A DNA stretch of 64,000 nucleotides from Blepharisma stoltei ATCC 30299. Lineage: Eukaryota; Protista; Ciliophora. Every line of letters starts with the position of its first letter. Position 1 is the stretch's first letter. Shown here piece by piece: positions 1 to 11,067 of the stretch. The notes under the pieces are model-generated. The model ran no database searches and was not told the origin of the DNA. It was given only the letters and a program-made list of their open reading frames with translations. The stretch covers positions 1-64,000 of the forward strand of contig CBFDEM010000019.1 in the NCBI GenBank assembly GCA_965603825.1. Direction: 5' to 3'. The position numbers and the translations under genes were made by a program.

Positions 1-2259
1 CTATCTAAAAGATAACATCTAACAACCCTAACACCCTAACATCCTAACACCCTACCTCACCCTAGACACCCTAACACCCTAACACCCTAACACCCTAACA
101 CCCTAACACCCTAACACCCTAACACAACCCTAACACCCTAACACCCTAACACCCTAACACCCTAACACCCTAACACCCTAACACCCTAACACCCTAACAC
201 CCTAACACCCTAACAACCCTAACACCCTAACACCCTAACACCCTAACACCCTAACACCCTAACACCCTAACACCCTAACCACCCTAACACCCACACCTAA
301 CACCCTAACACCCTAACACCCTAACACTAACACCCTAACACCCCTAACACCCCTAACACCCCTAACACCCAACCCCCTAACACCCTAACACCCTAACACC
401 CTAACACCCTAACACCCTAACACCCTAACACCCTAACACCCTAACACCCTAACACCACACCCTAACACCCTAACACCCTAACACCCTAACACCCCAAACA
501 CCCTAACACCCTACACCCTAACACCCAAACACCCTAACACCCTACAACACCCTAACACCCTAACACCCTAACACCCTAACACCCCTAACACCCTAACTAC
601 CCCTAACACCCTAACACCCTAACACCCTAACACCCTAACACCCTAACACCCTAACACCCTAACACCCTAACACCACCTAACACCCTAACACCCTAACACC
701 CTAACACCCTAACACCCTAACACCCTAACACCCTAACACCCTAACACCCTAACACCCTAACACCCTAACACCCTAACACCCTAACACACCCTAACACCCT
801 AACACCCTAACACCCTAACACCCTAACACCCTAACACCCTAACACCCTAACACCCTAACACCCTAACACCCTAACACCCAACACCCTAACACCCTAACAC
901 CCTAACACCCTAACACCCTAACACCCTAACACCCTAACACCCTAACACCCTAACACCCTACACCCTAACACCCTAACACCCTAACACCCTAACAACCCCT
1001 AACACCCTAACACCCTAACACCCTAAACACCCTAACACCCTAACACCCTAACACCCTAACACCCTAACACCCCTAACACCCTAACACCCTAACACCCTAA
1101 CACCCTAACACCCTAACACCCTAACACCCTAACACCCTAAACACCCTAACACCCTAACACCCTAACACCCTAACACCCTAACACCCTAACACCCTAACAC
1201 CCTAACACCCTAACACCCTAACACCCTAACACCCTAACACCCTAACACCCTAACACCCTAACACCCTAACACCCTAACACCCCTAACACCCTAACACCCT
1301 AACACCCTAACACCCTAACACCCTAACACCCTAACACCCTAACACCCTAACACCCTAACACCCTAACACCCTAACACCCTAACACCCTAACACCCTAACA
1401 CCCTAACACCCTAACACCCTAACACCCTAACACCCTAACACCCTAACACCCCTAACACCCTAACACCCTAACACCCTAACACCCTAACACCCTAACACCC
1501 TAACACCCTAACACCCTAACACCCTAACACCCTAACACCCTAACACCCTAACACCCTAAACACCCTAACACCCTAACACCCTAACACCCTAACACCCTAA
1601 CACCCTAACACCCTAACACCCTAACAACCCTAACACCCTAACACCCTAACACCCTAACACCCTAACACACCCTAACACCCTAACACCCTAACACCCTAAC
1701 ACCCTAACACCCTAACACCCTAACACCCTAACACCCTAACACCCTAACACCCTAACACCCTAACACCCTAACACCCTAACACCCTAACACCCTAACACCC
1801 TAACACCCTAACACCCTAACACCCTAACACCCTAACACCCTAACACCCTAACACCCTAACACCCTAACACCCCTAACACCCTAACACCCTAACACCCTAA
1901 CACCCTAACACCCTAACACCCTAACACCCTAACACCCTAACACCCTACACCCTAACACCCTAACACCCTAACACCCTAACACCCTAACACCCTAACACCC
2001 TAACACCCTAACACCCTAACACCCTAACACCCTAACACCCTAACACCCTAACACCCTAACACCCTAACAACCCTAACACCCTAACACCCTAACACCCTAA
2101 CACCCTAACACCCCTAAACACCCTAACACCCTAACACCCTAACACCCTAACACCCTAACACCCTAAACACCCTAACACCCTAACACCCTAACACCCCTAA
2201 CACCCTAACACCCTAACACCCTAACACCCTAAACACCCTAACACCCTAACACCCTAACA
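1..2259 (+). repeat. Telomeric repeat tract (CCCTAACA)n, C-rich strand; chromosome end
   Basis: About 2.25 kb of the 8-mer CCCTAACA with sporadic 1-3 nt variants; this repeat is known from the heterotrichs Blepharisma and Stentor. Confidence 0.97.
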
Positions 2260-2316
2260 TCGAATTTATATGATAATAGGGCGATAGTTTTTTATTTTAT
2301 TATTACTAAATTTTAT

Positions 2317-4493
2317 TTAAATCTGCATTTTTTGGAGTAGTTCAATGTGGTCTCGGCCTAATGTGTGGTCAATAAATTTGATATCTTTTTCAGAAAGTTT
2401 ACATTCATCCTTAGTGAAAACATCACCTTCTTGATATTGTTGCCATAAATTATAAGCCGTATTAAAGTCCTGCAAAGCTGCTTCTTCTTGTCTGAGATTA
2501 TTAAATACCCTAGCTCGATTGCAGAAATGCAAAGGATTGTTGGGCTTAAGTTTGATTGCCTCATCATAGCATTGTATTGCTTCTTGATATCTCTCTAAAA
2601 CACAAAGAGTATTTCCTTTATCATTATAAAGCTTGGCATTGCTTGAATTGATTTTAATTTCTTTATTATGTCTTTCTGCTTCTTCGAGAAAACTACCGAA
2701 TTTATTTAAAGTATATCCTTTCTTCGGGTAAAAATCAGCATTGTTTGGATTGAATTTATTGAGTTTGATTGCTTCGTCATAGCATTTGATTGCTTCTAGA
2801 TAGCTTTTTAAACCATAAAAAGCCTTGTCTTTATTATAGTAAAAATCAGCATTGTATGAATCGAGTTCGATTGCTTCGTCATACCATTCTATTGCTTCTA
2901 GATATCTTTCTAAGCCATAAAATGATTTGCCTTTATTATGGTAATTATAACCATCTTTTGGATCTAGTTTGATTGCTCAGTCATAGCATTCAATTGCTTC
3001 TAGATATCTTTTTAAGCCATAAAAAGCGTTGCCTTTATAAAAGTAAAAATTAGCATAGTTTGGCTTGAGTTTAATGGCTTCATCAAATCATTCAATTGCT
3101 TCTAGATATCTTCTTAAACCAAGCAAAATGTAGCCATTGTTAGAGTAATATATAGCGCTATTTGGATATTTTTTGATTCGTTCGTCATTGCGTTCGATAT
3201 CTTCTAGATGCTCTCCTAAATTGCCCAGACTCATGCCTTTTAGATCTCATTCATCCAGATAGCGAGAATCAAACATTAAATTCTGGCTATTTCATTTTAT
3301 TGATTCAATCTTATTACCAACTCTTCTTAGTCAGTAATTTCTACTATAATAAGTTAAATCAATAATTTTTTTTCGATCTAAATCAAAATAATAATAATAT
3401 TGTCTGAGTAATGGATGAATAGATGAGATGTATATTCCTCCTTTATTATATACACAATACGTTTGAGAATAATAATCGAATTTTGACTTTCTAATTCGTC
3501 TTCAATTTAAGTAACTTCCAATTTCGCTTTCATAGATTCATCCACAGCATTCAATCAAATATAGTCTCTCTGCATTTACCAGGATCTTTTTTTTATCCCA
3601 TTCGAACTCATAAGGAATTGTCGAGAAAGAGTCAATATCAATTGAGTATAATAAAAGATTTCTATTATACCGTCCAGAAATCAAAATATTTCCATTAAAT
3701 ATTATCATGTTGCACTCGGAATCATCTTCTGGCATTGGGGTTAATTGAATTCAGCGATTTTGATCCAAATCGAATCTCATAGATAGAGATGAAGTCATTT
3801 GATTAGATCCTCCAAAGCAATAGACGCTGTTGCTAAAATAGATACATGATGAATTTTGTGAAGGAGTTCCAGATAGCAGCATTTCGACTCCGCCATTCAC
3901 ACCAATTAGCATTGCAATTACAGAAAATTTATCCTTACTAAAACAAAATAGCTTGCCATTTGGAAGTTGAGTTATGCAGGTGACAAAGTCTAATAGTGTT
4001 GTCTGCAATTTTTTTGCTTCTTCAGTTTAAGTGTTATAAATAATTAAATAAGTCCTATTTTCTTCATAATCTCTTGCAACATTATAAAGAGATGTTTTTT
4101 GTTGATAAGCATTAAGATAATCTTGGTAAGCTTGCATTACTAGTGGATCGTGAAGGCTAGAATTGGTCTGAATTGCTGAGCACGTTGCTTTAAAATCTAT
4201 TTCTAATTCTCGATTGTTTGGTCTACTTAGAATCTCAGCTGTTTTATTTCTTAAGTTGTCTATTACGTTTAAAGCGCTTTCTGTTTCATTGTATTTGTTA
4301 TCGAGATCATTAGAAACAGTTATTTGAGAATTAAGCAAGCTGATCTTTTTTTCTAGGCTTTTTTGTATTGGCTTGTTTGCGTTTTCAGACCTTTTGAACT
4401 CTCACAGTTTTCACTAATTATCAAGGAAGTCGAATCTTTAACGTTTGCTGACTCTATAATTGTTTTATTAAGCATTTCAGGAGTATTTTGCAT
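2317..4493 (-). pseudogene. Kelch-like propeller + TPR protein, copy A (7 TPR-like units); disrupted
   Basis: With TGA=W, 4338-2317 is one frame except an in-frame TAA at 4027-4029 (GAA in paralogs); 1-nt deletion near 4390 relative to copy C; ATG at 4493 matches the copy C start (MQNTPE vs MQNSPE). Confidence 0.8.
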
Positions 4494-4538
4494 ATTTATT
4501 TTTCTAAATATGCCTTACATATTTTTGTAAAGACGGAT

Positions 4539-6233
4539 CTATTTAGACTCTCTAACTTTTAATTGAAAATTTAAAACAGCTTTGCATCCAAATAACCAAT
4601 ATTCTTGCCAAAAATTATAAGCCGTATTAAAGTCCTGCAAAGCTGCTTCTTCTTGTCTGAGATTATTAAATACTCTAGCTCGGCTGCAGAAATGCAAAGT
4701 ATTCTTGGGTTGAAGTTTGATTGCCTCATCATAGCATTGTATTGCTTCTTGGAATCTCTCTAAAACATAAAGAGTATTGCCTTTATCATTATAAGCTTGG
4801 GCATTGTATGAATTGAGGTCGATTGCTTTTTCATAGCATTCGATTGCTTCTAGATATCTTTCTAAGCCATAAAAAGCTTTGCCTTTATTATGATAATTAT
4901 AACCATCTTTTGGATCTAGTTTGATTACTCAGTCATAGCATTCGATTGCTTCTAGATATCTTTTTAAGCTATAAAAAGCGTTGCCTTTAAAATAGTAATT
5001 ATTTGAATTATTTGGATCTAGTTTAATTGCTTCGTCATAGCATTCGATTGCTTCTAGATATCTTTCTAAACAATAAAAAGTGATGCCTTTATTATAGTAA
5101 TACCGAGAGCAATCTGGATTGTTTTTGATTAATCCGTCATAGTATATGATTTCTTCTAGGCGTTTTCCTAAATCGTGTAGACTCATGCCTTTTACACTTC
5201 ATTCATCCAGATAATAAGGATCAGGCTTAAAATTCTGGTTATTTCATTTTATTGCTTCAATCTTTTTACCGACTCTTCTAAGTCCGTAATTCCTACTTTC
5301 ATAAGCTAAATCAATAATGGTTTTTTGATCTAAATCAAAATAATAATATTCTCTAACTAATTTAAAAACAGTTGAAATGTATATTCCTCCTTTATTGTAT
5401 GCACAATACACTTGAGAAGATTCTCTATTGATTTTTGATTTTCCTATTCGTCCCCAATTCATGGCACTTCCAATTTCACTTTCATATATTCATCCACTGC
5501 ATTCAATCAAATATACTCTCTCTGCACCTACCAGAATCTTTTTTTTATCCCCTTCAAATCAATAAGGAATTGTCGAAAAAGAGTCAATATCAATTGAGTA
5601 TAATAGAAGATATTTATTATACCGTCCAGAAATCAAAATATTTCCATTAAATATTATCATGTTGCACTTGGAATCAGCTTCTGGCATTGGGGTTAATTTA
5701 ATTCAGCGATTTTGATCCAAATCGAATCTCATAGATAGAGATGAAATCATTTGATTAGATCCTCCAAAGCAATAGACGCTGTTTTTGAAATAGATGCATG
5801 GTGAATCATATGAAGGAGTTCCAGATAGCAGCACTTCGACTCCGCCATTCTCACCAATTAGCATTACAGTTCCAGAAGATCCATCATTACCAAAACAAAA
5901 TAGCTTGCCATTTGGAAGTTCAGTTAAGAAGGTAATTGAAGTTATTAATGTTGTCTGAATTTTTTTGACTTCTTCAGTTTCAGTTTTATAAATATATAAA
6001 TAAGTTCTATCCTCTTCATTATCTCTTACAATATTATAAAGAGATGTTTTTTGTTGATAAGCATTAAGATAATCTTGGTAAGCTTGCATTACTAGTGGAT
6101 CATAAGAATTGTTCTGAATTGCTGAGCAAGTTGTTCTGAAATCTATTTCTGATTCGCGGTTGTTTGGTCTACTCAAAATCTCAGCTGTTTTATTTCTTAA
6201 GGTGTCTGTAACGTTTAAAGCGCTTTCTGCCAT
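4539..6233 (-). CDS. Kelch-like propeller + TPR protein, copy B (5 TPR units; C-terminus replaced)
   Basis: ORF pieces 5703-6233, 5244-5462 and 4929-5186 join in frame through TGA=W; family homology stops at WQEY (~4600) and the frame runs on to TAG at 4539. Confidence 0.75.
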
Positions 6234-6371
6234 TGGGTTATGCAGAGATTATTATAAATAGTTTTTGAGAATTAAGCAAGTTTATCTTTTTTTCTAGGTT
6301 GATTTTTATTGGCTTGCTTACGTTTCAAGCCCTTTTGAACTCTCACTGTTTTCATTTATTATCAATGAAGT

Positions 6372-6415
6372 CCCCCCTCCCCCCTGTGAGAAAAAATTTT
6401 CTTTTTTGCCAAAAA
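6372..6415. mobile_element. ~44-bp insertion with a C-run/GTGAG end; possible transposon terminal-repeat remnant
   Basis: Absent from the aligned position in copies A, C and D; abuts TTAA at 6416-6419; reads CCCCCCTCCCCCCTGTGAGAAAAAA. Confidence 0.4.
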
Positions 6416-6734
6416 TTAACGTTTGCTGACCTGCATTTTATTTTAATGCATATTCACTCAATTAATAAATATATTTATAATAAGTGAGCATCATTGAAGA
6501 GTAAATATGATATTAAAAAATTCACAGAATATAAATACGTAACAAAAATTATTGAAAGTAGAAAATATTAAATATTGCAAGTTACAGCAGTCTCTAGGAA
6601 TTATTAAGTCTCTAATGCCCACCGCTGGCTATAGATACAGGCCGCCCTTATCACCTGACATCAAACCACACCATTTTCTTGCTAGCATCATCGAAAAATG
6701 GTATGCAAGCAATCTCCTAGGATTCACTCGACCA

Positions 6735-6976
6735 TGCATATGCCCTAGAAACATTCCTGACATATGAGCTGTATTAATAAAACCGAGTTAGTAAGACTCC
6801 AGTTCACACCAATCTTTAGCGCTTCTCATTAGAAATGAAACTACAGTGTTCAATAAGTTATTGAAAACCAAGCTCCTCCGCATACGATAAAATAAAAAGT
6901 TAAGTATTTCCCCCCAGCCAATTGAGTTAAGGAAGGCATTTATTTGTCGAATCTTTTGATTTTCTTCGCCTCACAT
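6735..6976 (-). pseudogene. 5' fragment of an SV2-like MFS transporter
   Basis: FLNSIGWG...FLMRSAKDW..LESY..GFINTAHM aligns to the N-terminus of the 8441-9865 gene; frameshifted and truncated. Confidence 0.75.
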
Positions 6977-7192
6977 GTAATTTTAATTATAAATATTCTG
7001 TTTTATATTTTAATGTAATAAAAAATAAATTTCAAAGAAATAATGAATAATTCAGAAGAGCGCTGAGTATTAATTGATATTAATAATTATTATAAAAGCT
7101 TGATTAGCCATTAAAGAAGTGCTAGCAAATAATGATAAATTAGGATTAGTTAGCACAGTAAATTAATTTTTAAATCTAGTTTACTTAGTTTA

Positions 7193-7666
7193 TTAGTTTT
7201 TTATGCATGGGTTTTTTACCAGCAATTCTTCATATAAACTTTCATTGGCAATTGGAGATGCAGATTTTATTATTCGGAATAAAATGTGACCACAGGTAAG
7301 GCCTGTCGTGATTGCCCAAAAAACTCCTATGCTATATGTCATTATTGCAAGCATAAGTAGATATGATAAAGTAACCCAAAGAAAAAATAAACATAAATTT
7401 CCTAAATTAAGCAATATTGTAATGTAATCACTTTTAGGGACTTTTTTTAGATAGACTGCTGTTAATTTAGCGAGGAAATGCACAAGTTCTAATCCAATTG
7501 CTGCCAAAAATAAAGCAGCAATTGTTATTACATATCTAAAATCATTATCAACATTTCAGCTGAATTCATTTTACCTATCAAAGTAAAGCTTGAAGTCATT
7601 ATTATGGAAGGTCATTTGCATAGTCATACTCATATTCATACTTTCGCACAAGCTCATGTCTTCCAT
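7193..7666 (-). CDS. Ctr/SLC31 copper transporter (Ctr-b); 15-nt intron at 7560-7574
   Basis: Met-rich N-terminus MNMSMTMQMTFH, LYFDSW (W=TGA), TM2 MLAIM (MxxxM), TM3 GLTCG (GxxxG); intron GTAAAATGAATTCAG restores the frame. Confidence 0.9.
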
Positions 7667-7749
7667 TTCTCCTATTAATTTTATTCTTTTATACGATTTA
7701 AAATTAACTGGCCATATCTTTGATGATTTATTTAACTATTTTTAAGCTC

Positions 7750-8226
7750 CTAGCAGCATGGGTTTTTTACTACTAGTTCTTGTGACAAACTTTCGTTTGC
7801 TATAGGAGTTTTATGTTCAATCATTCTGAACAAAAAATGACCAAAAGTGATGCCTGTGGTGATGGCGCAGAATACTCCAGTGCTATAAGTCATTATGGCA
7901 AGCATTAAGAGATATGCGAGGGAAACCCACAAGAAATAAATAATGCCATAGCCGAAATTATAGAAAATCAGATTTTGAATTGTTTTTTGGGCTTTTATTT
8001 GATAGACAGTAACCAATTTAAGCAGGAAATGCAGAAATTCTAGTCCCATTGAGACGAGGAATAGAAGAATAATAGCCCCTGCATATTTCGCATCATTGTC
8101 AACGTGCCAACTAAGTGAGATTTACCTGTCAAAAAAGACAACAAAATTATGATCATTATAAAAAGTCATGGCCATGTACATATTCATGTTCATAGTCATA
8201 TTCATATCCATCCCCAGGCTCTCCAT
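7750..8226 (-). CDS. Ctr/SLC31 copper transporter (Ctr-a); 15-nt intron at 8111-8125
   Basis: MDMNMTMNMNMYMAMTFY, FFDSW (W=TGG), MLAIM, GITFG, C-terminal CC; intron GTAAATCTCACTTAG at the same position as in Ctr-b. Confidence 0.9.
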
Positions 8227-8440
8227 TTATTGATTTATATTACTTTTTGCTATGATAATTTTTATTCAAAAAATACTTTTGGATCCGCATATTATAATAA
8301 TAAACATGAATTCATAAATCTTAAAAATATGGCAAAGAAAAATAGATTTTCAAAGAACAATTATGTGATATGTTTCTTTTTAATTAAAATTAAAGAAAAG
8401 ACATTATATAATTATTTCTCATGGTTTCTTAAGCAATTAT

Positions 8441-9865
8441 TTATAATAAATTAATTGTTTTGGTTTCTGGGAGAAACATACTTATTATTCCTGAACAAAT
8501 GCAAGAAAATGAGCAGATAAAAATTGATATTTCTAAGCCACCAGGAAGCCCCAAAAGCGCACCTATAATAGAAACTGCTATTAAGCCGAAAAATTTATCA
8601 CAAAAACTAAGCCACCCAAGTGTTCCAGATCTTATTCCTGTAGGATAAAACTCAGAAACCATTGCATACCATGCAGAATATCCTATATAATTAAAACAAG
8701 TCTGTATTGATGAAAATACCAATAACATTGGATAATTAACAGCACTATAAAACAAGAAAATTGATAATCCCATAAATAAAAATGACAAAGAAACAGTTCA
8801 TTTTCGTCCTAATCTCGTCTCTATTAAATAAGATGACAAAGAAATCCCAGGAAGACTTGCGGATTGCTGAATAATTAGTGTATAATACAGCTGGGCATCA
8901 TTTTCTATCTTTGCGTGCACTCTATCTAAAAAAATGGGCATAAACCCTAGCAAAGTACTAAATGATATTTCATTTAGAGCAATGGTCTACATTTATTTTA
9001 CAATTGCAAATAGCATCGTATTTCTGATGTATTTTTTGCTTAAAATCAGTCTAAGTGCTTCTCAGGCATTTTTTTCTCTAAATCGAGTTATAACTGGCCC
9101 TTCTAATTGTATAGTTTCATTATATCATTCTTCATCTGCATTTATATCGAAATTTACAGATATTTCAGCACGATTATGTCTTGCAATTTTTCTAGTTTAT
9201 TTTCACCTTAGCACATTTTCGCATTCCTCAATCTTATTATGTATTAGCAAAAACCTAGTGGATTCATATAAAAACAATCTGGGAATCCACCAAAGAAATT
9301 CTATTATTGCTCCTACAAGATAAACCCCTCTTCATACTTGAAAACTATTAGATAGCTCAAAAACTAATGCTATAAAAGCAGCAAACATAGCGCCAATAAC
9401 TCAGCAAGTGGAAATTAAAACTAAAGTCCACCTTTTTTTAGGTGGGCAAGCTTCTATATAAGTAGGTCCACCAGCTGTGATTTCGCCACCCCCTCCCATT
9501 CCTGCTATAAGTATTAGTGGAACAGCTGTTTCATAATTTGGCGAAAATGCTAAAATCACGGAACCTGCGATGCTTAATAACCCAGAAATTTTAAATGAAA
9601 AAACCCTCCCATACCGATCACCTATAAATCCAAATAATATTGATCCAATACAAATACCTAGCATATGGGTTGCGTTTATAAGTCCAACTTGGTATGATTC
9701 AAGATTTCATTCATTTTGAGCTGTTCTCATTAAAAACGATATTGAAATATTCAAGTAATTTAGTGTTAATCAAGCACCTCCACAAACAAAAAAATTAAAA
9801 GTTGAATATCTTCCTCAGCCAATGTTGTCTAAAATTGTATTTAATTGTTGAACCTTATCTTCCAT
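8441..9865 (-). CDS. MFS transporter, SV2/SVOP-like; 15-nt introns at 9192-9206 and 8987-9001
   Basis: LDNIGWGRY, GDRYGR, ESTRFL, ETRLGRKW, SEFYPTGIR and LPETK motifs; continuous after TGA=W and removal of two GT-AG 15-mers. Confidence 0.9.
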
Positions 9866-9889
9866 TATCGTATAATAATAATAATAAAC

Positions 9890-10438
9890 ATGCTTAGGCT
9901 ATCAAATGCCATTCGCCGTATAGCTTTATTCCGTGCTTTTGCAACACCTGACATTAAAACAAGAGAAAAAAGAGCCAAGCTTGAGGATGATCCTTATGAT
10001 AACCCATGGGCTGACGTCGAAAACACCAAAGCAAATTCCCTAAGTCCTTTACCTGTAGAGCCTTATCCAAGAAGAAAACTCAAAGAACTTCTACTGATTA
10101 CCTTAGAAAGGCTAAAAGAATTCCCAGAAGACTGGGGCTACAGGATTTTAGTTGAAGAAACTTGTAGATTCCGCCTAAAAATTGTGGAGGAAAACGAAGA
10201 CATTGAAGAAATTGAAAGAAAAATAGGACTGGGATATTGTGAAGGTTTAATTCAGTCTCATGTAGCAGAATTGAGATTATTAGAAAAATGCAAACGTAAG
10301 AAATAAGTAGATGAAAAACCATGGGAGCCAGAAGTCATGGACGAAGGTGATAAAGAATTCTTTGAGAATATTACAAACGGGCAGTTTGGAAATTGGAAGC
10401 CTATTTTCACAGTACCAAAGCCACCTAGAGGAGCTTAA
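9890..10438 (+). CDS. NDUFA5: Complex I accessory subunit NDUFA5/B13; 15-nt intron at 10296-10310
   Basis: Mitochondrial presequence-like start, GYRILVEETCRFRL, IEEIERKIGLG, ELRL...KPWE after splicing GTAAGAAATAAGTAG. Confidence 0.85.
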
Positions 10439-10522
10439 GAATAACTTAACAGTGTTCTGAAAATCAATAATTTAAAATTAATAAAAAAATTTTGATTTTT
10501 AGGAAATTTCTAGCTAATTTTT

Positions 10523-10972
10523 TTAATATGGCTTAAACCTCGAATAGCGTGGTCTTCCATAGGCATAAGCTCCTCTCATCCTCGCCCTAGACCTAGGAAA
10601 TCTAGATCTAGACTGTCCAGGAATATTTGTTCTTTTCGGCAAAACTTTCAGCTTCCTTCCTTTGAAGCTTTTTTCATTTACACTTTGTGCTTTTAAAACG
10701 CTGCTTCTATCCGAAAACTCGATATATGCATATCCTTTAGGATGATGAGTCCATTTGTCAAGAGGAATCGTGACCCTTTCGATGTTTCCACATTCCTTAA
10801 AAACATCTCTAAGTTCTTCAGTGCTGGCGCTAAAATCCACATTCCCTACAAAAATTGATCTATTATCAATTTCGTCAGTCTCGCTCTGTTTTTGATCTAG
10901 ATCTTCAGCTTCTTCTTGGTCTTCTGAGCTGGTCTTGTCGTTCTCATTGTTTGCGGCTTTGCTTTCCTCCAT
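10523..10972 (-). CDS. PABPN1: Nuclear poly(A)-binding protein 2 (single RRM)
   Basis: [35 protein letters not shown], Arg-rich tail ending in PY. Confidence 0.9.
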   Translation of the reverse strand: MEESKAANNENDKTSSEDQEEAEDLDQKQSETDEIDNRSIFVGNVDFSASTEELRDVFKECGNIERVTIPLDKWTHHPKGYAYIEFSDRSSVLKAQSVNEKSFKGRKLKVLPKRTNIPGQSRSRFPRSRARMRGAYAYGRPRYSRFKPY

Positions 10973-11067
10973 TAATATGTCAAATTATAAATCATCTTAT
11001 CAATATGATTTTTTGCTTTATTTATCTATTCTGCTAGAATTTTGTTTAAGGGCCTGAAAATATAATA

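Noticed and set aside
1-2259. Variant telomere units as a patterned signal or second repeat
   Set aside because: Variants are irregular indels, denser toward the contig tip, typical of low-coverage read error
6552-6767. ORF with YRYRPPLS resembling the LINE NYRPISL motif
   Set aside because: Similarity is too short and is not preserved in the duplicate near 50600-50700; left as unassigned filler
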